From: an uncultured Eubacteriales bacterium
GTDB lineage: Bacteria; Bacillota; Clostridia; Christensenellales; UBA1242
NCBI GenBank assembly: GCA_902496015.1
Contig: CABUZJ010000004.1
Location: 4,257 to 68,256 of the forward strand
DNA length: 64,000 nucleotides
Direction: 5' to 3'
The notes beneath the pieces were generated by a model that did no database searches, was not told the origin of the DNA, and worked only from the letters and a program-made list of their open reading frames with translations. Positions 47,328 to 57,485 of this stretch are shown piece by piece (positions within the stretch are counted from its first letter, which is position 1; every line of letters begins with the position of its first letter). Made by a program: the position numbers and the translations under genes.

Positions 47328-48269
47328 TTATTTAGCCAATCTGCGTGGCTCTCTTCCAAGTTTATTTTTATTCTTATCTTTTTTGCCTCTACTTAAATTA
47401 TTAGCATCAATATTTGCTAAATAATCTTGGCTTCTTTCATTATTTTCATTTAATAATTGTTTATTATTTTCATTTGTAATGTCGGTTGCTCTTTTGCTAT
47501 TTATATTATGCGTTAATGCCAGTTCCAATTTTTTCTTATGTTTATTTATTGCATAAACTATTATAAATGGTAATAAGAATAAAACTATTAATATTACACC
47601 AATTATTAAATAAGTGTAAATATGACTATATCCCGGGAAAAAGTTAAATGGCAATCCATTTTCTTTTAAATACATAAAGTTTGCTCCATCAACAATAGCA
47701 TTTCCAATGCTCGCATAACTTACAAGCAAAACCAATGCAATTGGCAACTGCCAAATTTTAGATAATTCTACTTTAAATGTGTTAGAACATAATGCACCTA
47801 AAACAACTGTTGGCATCATAAAATGCAACCCAATGCTTTCAATATCTAAAAATGAAAAGGATACATATTGGTAATAATCTCCAAACACAAAGGTTAATAT
47901 TCCGCCAAAAAATGTTAGCATTAAAACTGGCAAAACAAAGAATTTAGATTTTGTGAAATAATATATTGGGAAAACAAATGCTAAAATATGACATAATTGC
48001 CATGGCCAAACTTCAATGAAAGTTTGCTTTGCCACAAACATTAATAACAACATTCTAATAAGTCTTGAAATTAACATTACATAGCATAAAACATAAGTAA
48101 ATCTTTTTGCAAAAGTCTTATATTTTTTAAAAACAAAAAAACATATTATTAACCAAAGTGCAAGTGTCACCATTAATATTATGTGCATGTTACACCACAA
48201 GCCCCCACCTGCTGGCACCTTGCCCTCATAATTTTTTATTAACCAATCTTTAAAAGTTATTTCATTCAT
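47328..48269 (-). CDS. Polytopic membrane protein with a Lys/Asn-rich C-terminal tail (possibly YwaF/TIGR02206-like)
   Basis: About 7-8 TM helices. The family guess is weak. Confidence 0.5.
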   Translation of the reverse strand: MNEITFKDWLIKNYEGKVPAGGGLWCNMHIILMVTLALWLIICFFVFKKYKTFAKRFTYVLCYVMLISRLIRMLLLMFVAKQTFIEVWPWQLCHILAFVFPIYYFTKSKFFVLPVLMLTFFGGILTFVFGDYYQYVSFSFLDIESIGLHFMMPTVVLGALCSNTFKVELSKIWQLPIALVLLVSYASIGNAIVDGANFMYLKENGLPFNFFPGYSHIYTYLIIGVILIVLFLLPFIIVYAINKHKKKLELALTHNINSKRATDITNENNKQLLNENNERSQDYLANIDANNLSRGKKDKNKNKLGREPRRLAK

Positions 48270-48376
48270 AAGATAATATTACAACACAAATTATCTTGTT
48301 GCAAACAAAACAAAGAAAATTTATTTTAAAAACACAAAATTTTATAAATATCTTAATTTTTAAGATAAAAACCCAC

Positions 48377-48451
48377 TTATTAACAAAGTTATTAACAAGT
48401 TATTAACAAATTGTTAACAACTTTTATTACTTACTGACAAGTTGTTAACAC
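48377..48451. promoter_or_regulatory. Array of TTATTAACAA / TTGTTAACAA boxes at ~11-12 nt spacing
   Basis: Boxes start at 48377, 48389, 48400, 48411 and 48442, upstream of the 47328-48269 gene. Confidence 0.5.
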
Positions 48452-48587
48452 AAAATCAAATATTTGTTTGTTATTAAATTATAAAAATTATAGTTCTTTT
48501 ATTGCCTATTCAAAATTTAAAATATAATTAATAAAAAATTACCCTTTTGTTTTTTAGGGTAATTTTGGTATTTTTTATATTACTCAT

Positions 48588-50429
48588 TTACACTGCTTTA
48601 CTATATGTTTCACCATTATAAACAAAACTTTCAATAATGCCGGCTTTAACAATAATATCGCTAATTTCTATAATATTACCTTCACTTTCCACTCTAACGC
48701 TATTGTTTTCAACAATAACAGTAACAGAATAAGTTTCATAAGTTGAATTATCTGTTAAATCATATTCTCCATTTGATATTTCGTAAATATATAAAAAATT
48801 GAAACTAGGAGAAATATAACTTTCAGCAAATTTTGCTTCCGTTAAGATTTCTTCTATTATTAATGTATCTGTTATACTATTCGGTGCAATATAATTTTTC
48901 TCGTCAATTTCAAAACTAACTAAAACAGTATATTCGCCTGCTTCCACAGGAACTATTGAACTTCCATTATATGTTATGCTGTATGAAATAATCCCATCTG
49001 GCAAAATACCTTCTAGTTGAACTTCTTTTGCTGTGCCGTCATAAGTTGCGTTCAAGTTGGTAAGAGTTAATCCTGAAATGTCTATTGTTGCCTTAGCAAT
49101 TTCATATTCAAAAGTGCATTTTTCTTGTGGTAACACATAGTTCAAGTTATTTAAACTTACACTAGCAACATATTTCCCAGCATCAGTTTGAACATTATTA
49201 GAATAAATTAATTCTACATTATCACCTTCAACCACATCACTTGTGTTAAGTGTTGCTAAAATGGTGTGGGCAGATTTGTTATATGTTAAGCCTTCCGCAT
49301 TGTTCCAATCTAAATCTAAAATTATTGGATTAATTGTGAAATTTGCAGTTAACACTATATCTTCATAATTTTTAAACTTATATGTTAAATAAACTTTATA
49401 TGTGCCTACTTGGCTAACACCATTTTGACTACTATAAGTTGTTGCTTCATTAGAATATTGATAAATTTCAGCAATTGAACTTTCTTCAATTTGTGTATTT
49501 TTATTAAAAATTATAGGATTAGCTGGACTTATTGTTTGAATTTGACCATTATATGTAGATACTTCGTTTTTAAAGTTTACATCTTCATTTGTAACACTTG
49601 GTGCTGTTGCTTTTCTTATTACCCACACAAAAGGGTTATTTTCAGTTGGTGTTTGCGTTATATCTAAATAATAATTCTTTGCATCTCCAACAGATTTTAA
49701 CCCAGCAATATAAGCACTATATACGCCTGCATAAACTCCTGTTTCATCGCCACCAACATACGCTTGCACATTATCCCCATCTAACACGCCATTAACAACT
49801 GCATTAACTTCGTAAGCATTGCCATTATAAACATAGTCTCCGTCAGCCATAACAATAGATGCCGTTACAGTTTTAGGCTCAATTTTTATTTCGCAAGATT
49901 TTGTTACAGGTTCATAACCATCTTTTGTAACGGTAACCCTTACAACATAAGTTCCTGCATTAACAGCACCTTCAAACGCTTTCTCTTGACCCATTTCAAC
50001 ATAAGTTTTAGTTATGGTAGCACCATCCATAACACCAGATAAATTTACATCATGGATAGTCTTATCGTAAGTATATGTTCCTCCGGTTAAAGAAAAATCT
50101 AAACCTTGCCTTAAAGAAACACTATAAGTAAATTCAGTAGATTTACCTTTATATGTAATTTTAGCCACAGCGTTTTCAACAATTTGTTCAGTTGAAAAGT
50201 TTTCAATTTTCACATCTTTATCGGTTAAAGCAACCTCAAAATATTTGTTCCCACTTTTTGCAATAAGCACAGAGCCATCAGGATTAAAAGATTCCCCCAC
50301 ATAATATTCAGTTTTTATAATACCTTCTTTTATGGCAATCGAATCAATTTTATTACTACACCCAGTAAATGCCACTCCCGATAACACAACAAACATTAAA
50401 GCACATAAACTAAATATTAACTTTTTCAT
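48588..50429 (-). CDS. 613-aa surface lipoprotein with MBG-like repeats
   Basis: Lipobox AFTGC. Repeats with YDGTAKEV...VEAGEYTV..., NAGTYVV, DAGKYVA. Confidence 0.75.
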   Translation of the reverse strand: MKKLIFSLCALMFVVLSGVAFTGCSNKIDSIAIKEGIIKTEYYVGESFNPDGSVLIAKSGNKYFEVALTDKDVKIENFSTEQIVENAVAKITYKGKSTEFTYSVSLRQGLDFSLTGGTYTYDKTIHDVNLSGVMDGATITKTYVEMGQEKAFEGAVNAGTYVVRVTVTKDGYEPVTKSCEIKIEPKTVTASIVMADGDYVYNGNAYEVNAVVNGVLDGDNVQAYVGGDETGVYAGVYSAYIAGLKSVGDAKNYYLDITQTPTENNPFVWVIRKATAPSVTNEDVNFKNEVSTYNGQIQTISPANPIIFNKNTQIEESSIAEIYQYSNEATTYSSQNGVSQVGTYKVYLTYKFKNYEDIVLTANFTINPIILDLDWNNAEGLTYNKSAHTILATLNTSDVVEGDNVELIYSNNVQTDAGKYVASVSLNNLNYVLPQEKCTFEYEIAKATIDISGLTLTNLNATYDGTAKEVQLEGILPDGIISYSITYNGSSIVPVEAGEYTVLVSFEIDEKNYIAPNSITDTLIIEEILTEAKFAESYISPSFNFLYIYEISNGEYDLTDNSTYETYSVTVIVENNSVRVESEGNIIEISDIIVKAGIIESFVYNGETYSKAV

Positions 50430-50644
50430 ATTTCCTCCAAAGTATTATAAATTCTACCATACAAATTAACAATATAAAAATTAACAAAATCCTTTGTCAA
50501 GATTAAACATTATTTCAAAATTAAACAAAATCTTACAAAATTCGGCAAATTATTCCGTTCATGAATATCTATATTATTAATATATTAAATTTTAGCATAA
50601 TTTATTAAGCCGTTCAACTAAATAAATAATTTTGACATAAAAAA

Positions 50645-50690
50645 AGTATCAATAAGAACAAATGAACAAATTTTTGCACTTATTGATACT
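50645..50690 (-). terminator. Hairpin AGTATCAATAAG..CTTATTGATACT + T-run after the hydrogenase gene
   Basis: Read directly. Confidence 0.55.
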
Positions 50691-50808
50691 CTTTTTATTA
50701 TGCCCCAAAAATTTTAAAATAAACTAAAAAAGTTAATTTTATTAATAAATTTTTTATGTAATTTTATAGATATTCAAAATAAGGAGTTTAAAATCAAATT
50801 TAAAACAA

Positions 50809-52071
50809 TTACTTTCTCTTAACATGTAAAATATCATAGGCAAGGCTTCCGCCAAATTCGCCCAAAAAGTTTTCATAAAGAGATATAATTGCAGGATTTT
50901 CAAAAGAATTTTTATAATTGCATTTAAGTGCTCTATTATATAAACCTTGTGCACGCATTTTAACTGCTTGTTCCCTATTATTACTTAATGGTTGTCCTCC
51001 ACCGCCCACACAACCGCCATCACAAGCCATAACTTCAATGAAACTATAAGGGCTATTATTTTTAACACATTCATCTAGCAAAGGCTTGGCATTAGCCAAC
51101 CCCGACACACAAGCAATCTTGATTTCTTTCCCTTTTGCAAAAATCGTTGCTTCTCTTATTCCTTTCTTTCCACGAACTAAATTAAATGTCGCTTTTTTTA
51201 TTTCAAACTCTTTATGCTTTGCACTTGAACTTTCCATAACCGCTTCCATAACACCGCCAGAGTTTCCAAAAATAACTCCCGCCCCCGAAGAAAGACCAAA
51301 TTCATTGTCAAATTCTGCATCTTCAAGGCTATTTAAATCTATTCCCTTTAACTTAATAATATCTGCTAAATCTATAGTTGTTAATGTGCAATCCACATCA
51401 TAGCCTTGTTTAGTGTGTCCCACTTTAAGTCTTTCTAGTTTTTTCGCCACACAAGGAACAATGCTAACTACAAATAGATTAGAATTAATTATATTTAATT
51501 TTTTTGCAAAATAACTATTTAAAATTGCCCCAAACATCTGTTGTGGAGATTTACAAGTAGATAATTTAGAAATTAAACTTGGATATGCTCTTTCAACATA
51601 AGCCACCCAAGCTGGACAACATGATGTAAGCATTGGTAAATTTTTACCACTATCAAGCCTAGCTTTAAATTCACATGCTTCTTCAACAGTTGTTAAATCG
51701 GCAGCAAAATTCATATCAAACACATAGTCTACCCCTATCATTTTTAATGCATTAACCATTTTACCAGTAACATCAGTTCCAAGTGGCATATTAAATGCTT
51801 CGCCAAGGCTTGTTCTAATAGAAGGAGCTGTGTAAGCAACAACCTTAATTTTAGGGTTAATAATTGCAGACAAAAATAGATTAATTTCGCTTTTTTGGTC
51901 TAATATTTGCAATTTTTGCCCACATTTTGCACATTTTAAACTTTTTTTAATAAATTCCTGCCCTAAACTAGACATACATAAGAAGTCGCTAAAATCTTGT
52001 TTTAATTCACTCATAATGTGTTCACAACTTGGGCACAAATATTTAATAGATTTCTTTACTTTATTTTGCAT
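50809..52071 (-). CDS. [FeFe]-hydrogenase H-domain protein with an N-terminal Cys4 zinc-ribbon-like segment and no ferredoxin-like F-cluster domain
   Basis: TSCCPAW (L1), VPCVAKKLE (L2), EVMACDGGCVGGGGQP (L3). N-terminus CPSC...CAKC. Confidence 0.8.
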   Translation of the reverse strand: MQNKVKKSIKYLCPSCEHIMSELKQDFSDFLCMSSLGQEFIKKSLKCAKCGQKLQILDQKSEINLFLSAIINPKIKVVAYTAPSIRTSLGEAFNMPLGTDVTGKMVNALKMIGVDYVFDMNFAADLTTVEEACEFKARLDSGKNLPMLTSCCPAWVAYVERAYPSLISKLSTCKSPQQMFGAILNSYFAKKLNIINSNLFVVSIVPCVAKKLERLKVGHTKQGYDVDCTLTTIDLADIIKLKGIDLNSLEDAEFDNEFGLSSGAGVIFGNSGGVMEAVMESSSAKHKEFEIKKATFNLVRGKKGIREATIFAKGKEIKIACVSGLANAKPLLDECVKNNSPYSFIEVMACDGGCVGGGGQPLSNNREQAVKMRAQGLYNRALKCNYKNSFENPAIISLYENFLGEFGGSLAYDILHVKRK

Positions 52072-52363
52072 TATTATCTCCTATCCATAGTTTACAAAAA
52101 AACATTATGTTTAGCAATTAAATAATAGAAAAAATTAATTAATAGTAAATGAAAAACTATTTTTTGAAGTTAAATAAAAATAATTAAAGCTTAATCAAAT
52201 AAACAATAAAATAATTATTATTGCTAATTTTATTAATTATTACATGCGAAAAATAAAAAAATCGCAAAATTAAATAAAAAAATAAAAAAAATAATGAAAA
52301 TTTGCGTGCTTTTAAAATAAAATAGTGTTAATATTATATTAATAAATTATTAAGGTGATCACC

Positions 52364-53275
52364 ATGAAAAAAATTCCTGTTATAATTGATGCCGACCCAG
52401 GCATAGATGATGCTGTTGCACTTATGATGGCAGTTAAAAATAAATTATTAGATATTAAATTAATTACCTGCACAGCGGGAAATACAAGCCTTGAAAATGT
52501 AGCAACTAACACTCTTAATGTATTAGAACTTTTTGATGCCCCACAAATTCCTGTGGCATTAGGCAGAGCCACGCCCATAGCTCGTCCTTCTTTTTCAAAA
52601 GAAGTTTACCACGGAGCAAATGGCCTTGGGGGGTTTGAATTTGAGAAAAATAATCGAAAGCCTTCAAATCTTTCAGCGCTTGAAAGTTTTCATAAAATTT
52701 TAAGTGAAAGCCAAGAAAAAATTACAGTTGTTGCATTAGGTCCACTTTCAAATATTGCTGATTTAATTTCCACATATCCACAAGATCTTCAAAATATTGA
52801 AAAACTAATATTTATGGCTGGAAGTATTGAAGAAGACGGAATAAAAACTCCTTATGCTGAATTTAATATTTCTAGCGACCCAGAAGCAGCAGAGATTGTT
52901 TTTAACTCTAATCTTTCAATGGTAATGGTTCCAATGGAAATGGGACACACAGCATATCTAGACTGGAAAGAGGTTTTTTTAACTAAACAAGAAAATACCA
53001 CTGGTGAAGTTTTAGAATATATTTTTAGGTCATATAATGATGGTCATGTTAAAAATGGAATTGCCACTCATGATGGCACAACAATTGCCTATTTATTAGC
53101 ACCTCACATTTTTGAAACATTACCTGCCTTTGTAAGTGTTAAATATTTCAAAGAAATTGAATCAGGCGTAGCAATTTGTAATTTTCAACAAAAGCCAAAC
53201 ATGAGAGTTTGCACAAGAATTAACATAAAGTCATTTAAAAAACTATATTTTAAAGCATTGTCAAAATGTAATTAA
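52364..53275 (+). CDS. Inosine/uridine-preferring nucleoside hydrolase family protein
   Basis: VIIDADPGIDDAVAL (DxDxxxDD). Start set at ATG 52364 behind AAGGTGA. Confidence 0.8.
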   Translation: MKKIPVIIDADPGIDDAVALMMAVKNKLLDIKLITCTAGNTSLENVATNTLNVLELFDAPQIPVALGRATPIARPSFSKEVYHGANGLGGFEFEKNNRKPSNLSALESFHKILSESQEKITVVALGPLSNIADLISTYPQDLQNIEKLIFMAGSIEEDGIKTPYAEFNISSDPEAAEIVFNSNLSMVMVPMEMGHTAYLDWKEVFLTKQENTTGEVLEYIFRSYNDGHVKNGIATHDGTTIAYLLAPHIFETLPAFVSVKYFKEIESGVAICNFQQKPNMRVCTRINIKSFKKLYFKALSKCN

Positions 53276-53311
53276 AATAGTCTTTAAATTAAAACCACTA
53301 AATATGAAGGA

Positions 53312-54664
53312 GTGACAACAATTAAAAGGGAGCAATTCACAAAATTCATAGAAGACCATGTGCTTTCAATGTTCACAGGCAGCGAAATTGTTGGCAGTGA
53401 AGACTCTACATCTAGAGATGCAATAGTTGCCCTTGGAAGTGGTGGCACAATAATGGTTAAATTTATTAAGGCGGACACTTACCGCCTTATTATCAAACGA
53501 GTTCAACCTTTTAAAAGTTTTGAAGTCAGCCTTGTTCGCTCAATAATAGAAGAAATGGGGGCAATATATTCATCTAATATAAATAGTTCATACATTAAAG
53601 ATGTTGAACCTTTGGTTATTCAAAAAGCAATTTGTAAAGCCCTATCTCCCACTGCAAATAAAACTTTGCACGAGTTGTTAAGTTCAATGGAATCATGGGC
53701 ACAGCGAACATATGAAGGAAATAAAACAACTTTTGGATTTATTGTTTCAAACAAAAAAGCGAATGCTAAATCAAATTCAAATTTACATATCACTAAATTT
53801 TTAAAAAACGACTTCTCTGCTCTATTAAGTGATGGCGTAAACACTTGTCTTGAAATTTCATCTAATGGATACCTGCTAAATTATCTTACCGTTCCAAAAA
53901 CTTTTGACCAAGAACTTTTAGTGCCTTATCAATATATAAGACTTGCAAGTTTATGCACTGGTAATCGCGTGGGGGTTTGTCTGTTAGCAAATGGGGATAT
54001 TCTATTATTCCGTCAAAAAACCTTGCTATTTGCCAAACGAAATGGCAGTTGGGTTAGTTTTAGTCATGAAGAAATTATTAGCAAACTGGCAGATAGAAGC
54101 GGAGAGTACACACAAGAAGTTAGAAAAGCCATATATCTATCAACACTAGATACGGCTTTTGCTAGAACAGGCGGTTGTATTGTGCACTTAAATAAAGATG
54201 ACTATTTTAATGTTTTAAAACACATAGATATATGTGATGTTTTAAATGCTGAATGCTATCAATATAAATTACAAGAAAATATTAGCACTTCATTTTTCAT
54301 AGATGCAACCGAAGAAACTGAAACAAAGTCATTTGACGAATTTTTAACTGAAGATAAAATGACAAAAAGTGCTAACTTAATTCAAATAATAAATGGTAAA
54401 AAGTTTTATGATTTAGATAGAAAACTAAGACTTGAACTGATGAGCATAGACGGTGCAACTGTAATAGATGCCGATGGTAACATTTTAGCAGTGGGTGCAA
54501 TAATTAAAATAGAAGCAGGAAGCACAGGTGGAGGAAGATTAGCAGCTGCACGCACGCTTTCAAAATATGGAATGAGTATAAAAATATCAAATGATGGTAG
54601 AATGGAAGGATTTAGCATGGACAAACAAAAATTGCGTGTTCGCCCTCTTTTTGTGTTGGGTTAA
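53312..54664 (+). CDS. 450-aa protein with a C-terminal divergent diadenylate-cyclase (DisA_N/DAC)-like domain
   Basis: MSIDGATVIDADGNILAVGAII...GGGRLAAARTLSKYGMSIKISNDGRMEGFS parallels HDGAvii..g.I.AA...LGTRHRAA.giSe....ivVSEEtG.iS. The GTG start is uncertain. Confidence 0.45.
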   Translation: MTTIKREQFTKFIEDHVLSMFTGSEIVGSEDSTSRDAIVALGSGGTIMVKFIKADTYRLIIKRVQPFKSFEVSLVRSIIEEMGAIYSSNINSSYIKDVEPLVIQKAICKALSPTANKTLHELLSSMESWAQRTYEGNKTTFGFIVSNKKANAKSNSNLHITKFLKNDFSALLSDGVNTCLEISSNGYLLNYLTVPKTFDQELLVPYQYIRLASLCTGNRVGVCLLANGDILLFRQKTLLFAKRNGSWVSFSHEEIISKLADRSGEYTQEVRKAIYLSTLDTAFARTGGCIVHLNKDDYFNVLKHIDICDVLNAECYQYKLQENISTSFFIDATEETETKSFDEFLTEDKMTKSANLIQIINGKKFYDLDRKLRLELMSIDGATVIDADGNILAVGAIIKIEAGSTGGGRLAAARTLSKYGMSIKISNDGRMEGFSMDKQKLRVRPLFVLG

Positions 54665-54948
54665 AATAAAAAAATCTAATTCATAAGTATTTTTATTTTA
54701 ATTGCGAACATACAATTCATATTAATTAATTATTAAACTAAACTTAAAAAACTAAAAACCACAAAACCATAAATATACCAATAAAATAAATATTAAATAT
54801 TATACAAAAAACATAAAAATTTTTTAAATAAATTTAGAGAAAATACTTTAAATTTAAAAAATAATATGCTATACTACTTTTGTTTCCACATAAAATAATA
54901 AATATCTGGAAACAAAACAAAACAAAACATAAAATATAATATAAAAAT

Positions 54949-55042
54949 GGAGAGATACTCAAGTGGCTGAAGAGGATGCCCTGCTAAGGCGTTAGTACGG
55001 CTTTAAACCGTAGCGCGGGTTCAAATCCCGCTCTCTCCGCCA
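54949..55042 (+). tRNA. tRNA-Ser (anticodon GCT)
   Basis: Acceptor GGAGAGA/TCTCTCC, anticodon loop CTGCTAA, long variable arm, CCA encoded. Confidence 0.85.
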
Positions 55043-55182
55043 ATTGTGAGCAATCCGAACCCTTTGGGTTTGATTGCTCCTTTTTATTTTCTACATATTC
55101 TATCTCTTGTTTAATGTCTGGCTTTTTACTTAACTTTAATTGTATTTTTATAGTTGTCATCGTATAATGCAGTTTTTATTGA

Positions 55183-55293
55183 CTACCAACCATTTCTTTC
55201 GGCATATTCTTTGCACATTCTAAGTTGTTCATCAATGCTCTGTTCTGTTTGACTATCACTTGAATATCTTGTGTAAGTAGAAGCGTTATTCAT
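55183..55293 (-). pseudogene. N-terminal 36-aa stub of a serine recombinase
   Basis: Own translation: MNNASTYTRYSSDSQTEQSIDEQLRMCKEYAERNGW*. The frame decays toward the tRNA-Ser. Confidence 0.7.
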
Positions 55294-55391
55294 AAATTAC
55301 TATCCTTTTTGTTCTTTACTATAACATAAAACCAACAAAAAAATCAGCCCCTTTGACAAAATTTTTGTCTTAAAAGCTGATTTTTATGTTT

Positions 55392-55859
55392 TTATAATTC
55401 GCTTGTTGATTCTTCGATTGGTTGAGTATTTACCTTTTCCTTTTGGACAACCAACCCCATCAATTTTGGCTCATTAATAATAAATGTTTTCCAACTTTCA
55501 TAAGGTAATCCTGCACGAAATCTTTTACGAAGTGTCTCTGGTTCTACACCATCTTTTATTTTAACAAACCATTCTTTATCTTCTTGTTTAAATATATCAA
55601 AATAATCGCCATGTTCTTTTGACCATTCCATAAGACCATCTTCATCAGGTATAACCACAAATCTCTTGTTAAAAGTTTTTGCCATATAGTCTATTAAATC
55701 TTGAACATATTCTTCATGAACGTCCATACTAATTTGTCTTTTGCCCATTTTTTCGCTTATAGTTAATAACTCGTTTGCTATTACACAACCATCTGTAATA
55801 AAATACACTTCCACACCATTCTCCTTATTTCTGATTAAGTTATAGCACAAAGCCATCAA
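55392..55859 (-). CDS. Hypothetical ~140-155-aa acidic protein
   Basis: ORF only. An alternative GTG start follows AAGGAG (VEVYFITDG...). Confidence 0.45.
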   Translation of the reverse strand: MMALCYNLIRNKENGVEVYFITDGCVIANELLTISEKMGKRQISMDVHEEYVQDLIDYMAKTFNKRFVVIPDEDGLMEWSKEHGDYFDIFKQEDKEWFVKIKDGVEPETLRKRFRAGLPYESWKTFIINEPKLMGLVVQKEKVNTQPIEESTSEL

Positions 55860-56147
55860 AAAAGCAATTCCTAAACTAGAAAAAATAAGGAGCAGGATAA
55901 GGAAATAGACTTAAACTCGCTTTTTAGGAGTTAAGAAGCCTTATATAATAAGTCTTTCTAATGATTCACCCCACAAAAGCTAAAGTTTCACTTTTGAGTC
56001 ATTTCCTCTTATTAGACCAAGTGGGAAACCCACTTGTCTTTTTTTTGTCGAAAATATAGAAAATTGGAAAGAAAAATGTTATAATAAACGTGGACTTTAA
56101 ATAGTCAAAGTGTTCTTTGGTGTTATTCGCTTTTTAAGTAAGTAATT

Positions 56148-56387
56148 ATGAGAAAAACGAATAACAATCAATGTTTTATTGATTGTAAAGATATAGATGA
56201 AAACACTGCTGTTTTTGATTTTAATTCACACGAACTAAAATTAGGTAAAGTTAATTTAAACTCAAAGCAGATAGAAAAAATATCTTTTCTTCTTGCTCAT
56301 GATTTAAAAACCTTTGCCGAAACAAATGGCAACTTTCCAAACCTATCAGCAAATGCAGTTTATACCCATTTGCAAAACAATCAATAA
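56148..56387 (+). CDS. Hypothetical 79-aa protein
   Basis: ORF followed by the bidirectional terminator AGGAAGAAG..CTTCTTCCT (56386-56421). Confidence 0.4.
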   Translation: MRKTNNNQCFIDCKDIDENTAVFDFNSHELKLGKVNLNSKQIEKISFLLAHDLKTFAETNGNFPNLSANAVYTHLQNNQ

Positions 56388-56418
56388 AAAAAGGAAGAAG
56401 TTTAAACTTCTTCCTTTT

Positions 56419-57375
56419 TTACGATTTTTTCTTATCTAATCGTTTTTCTTTATTTTTCTCACTTGTATTATCATTTTCTTCTTGAACTAATTTTTCTATA
56501 TTTTTAATTGGTTCAATGTTGGTACTTTCAACTTTTTGTTCATAATATGTTATTTTTGTTATATCTATTCTTTGCATTTCCAAATCTATAACATCCCGAA
56601 TGTAATCAACAGGATGAACATAAGTTAAACCTGAATTTTCTGTTGTTATAGAAACAATTTCATTTGTTTGTAAGCTTTTGAGTTTGTCTTGATATGGAAT
56701 ATAACTATGAAGAATTCCTATTAACACTGCTTTAACATGAGGTTTAGTACCAACAACGGCCGTTAATTCTGGTCTTAAAATTACAGGTCCTCCTGAATTA
56801 CCCGGGAATGCTTGGGCATCTATAATAAAGTTTTTATCAGGGCTCCCCGGCGTATAAAGATTTGAAATTTTTGATATACATCCTATTCTACATATTGGGT
56901 CTTTATGATTAAAATCGACTAAATTCATAGGAAATCCTAGTACATTTACTAAATCACCTTCGTATACATCATCATTTTTCATATCTTCAATATATAAAGT
57001 ATTTTCATCCAACGCAAAAAATGAATATTTACTTTTTGTACTATTTAACACATTTGCATTTAAATTTAAAGCCACAATATCGACATTTGGGTCAACATGT
57101 GAAGAGTAATTTAATATACTATTATTTTTTAATGAAACTCCAAATTCATTTGTTGCATAAGTTCCGAATTGATTAAACCCCAAGGATACAACATCGTAAT
57201 TATCAAAAACATGTTTGTTGGTTATTAGGAATACAGCGTAACATCTTTTATTATTCTCTTCCTTAATAAATTTACCAACTAAAAAACCTGTACCTATACA
57301 AAATTTTCTACCATTTTTATCATCAACACTAATAGTTACTAATGTATCCATATAGACTCTGGGTATCAATGCCAT
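56419..57375 (-). CDS. Trypsin-like (S1/Trypsin_2) serine protease, cytoplasmic type
   Basis: GTGFLV...ITNKHV (His), DIVALNL (Asp), GNSGGPVIL (Ser). Confidence 0.8.
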   Translation of the reverse strand: MALIPRVYMDTLVTISVDDKNGRKFCIGTGFLVGKFIKEENNKRCYAVFLITNKHVFDNYDVVSLGFNQFGTYATNEFGVSLKNNSILNYSSHVDPNVDIVALNLNANVLNSTKSKYSFFALDENTLYIEDMKNDDVYEGDLVNVLGFPMNLVDFNHKDPICRIGCISKISNLYTPGSPDKNFIIDAQAFPGNSGGPVILRPELTAVVGTKPHVKAVLIGILHSYIPYQDKLKSLQTNEIVSITTENSGLTYVHPVDYIRDVIDLEMQRIDITKITYYEQKVESTNIEPIKNIEKLVQEENDNTSEKNKEKRLDKKKS

Positions 57376-57409
57376 ATTTTACTTCTCCTTTAGTTAAAAA
57401 TACAGTGGT

Positions 57410-57438
57410 ATTGTACCATGTATTTTTGTGCAAGTCAA
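57410..57438 (-). promoter_or_regulatory. Near-consensus promoter TTGACT-N17-TACAAT for the protease gene
   Basis: The reverse complement of 57433-57438 is TTGACT and of 57410-57415 is TACAAT. Confidence 0.65.
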
Positions 57439-57485
57439 GATTAGCTTTTAACTTAACCCACCCAACGCCAACATATATTTTTGTG

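Noticed and set aside
48377-48451. Tandem TTATTAACAA repeats as a possible CRISPR or minisatellite array.
   Set aside because: The units are 10-12 nt with no spacers of unique sequence. No CRISPR-like repeat-spacer structure was seen by eye, and no cas domains were recognised among the ORF translations, anywhere in the window.
50754-50954. 66-aa minus-strand ORF overlapping the 3' end of the hydrogenase gene.
   Set aside because: It is an out-of-frame overlap with a well-supported CDS and has no independent signals.
55860-56050. The structured non-coding stretch with hairpin GACAAGTGGGTTTCCCACTTGGTC, and the 3990-4395 palindrome, considered as retron msr/msd candidates.
   Set aside because: No reverse transcriptase ORF exists in the window, and the hairpin is adequately explained as a terminator.
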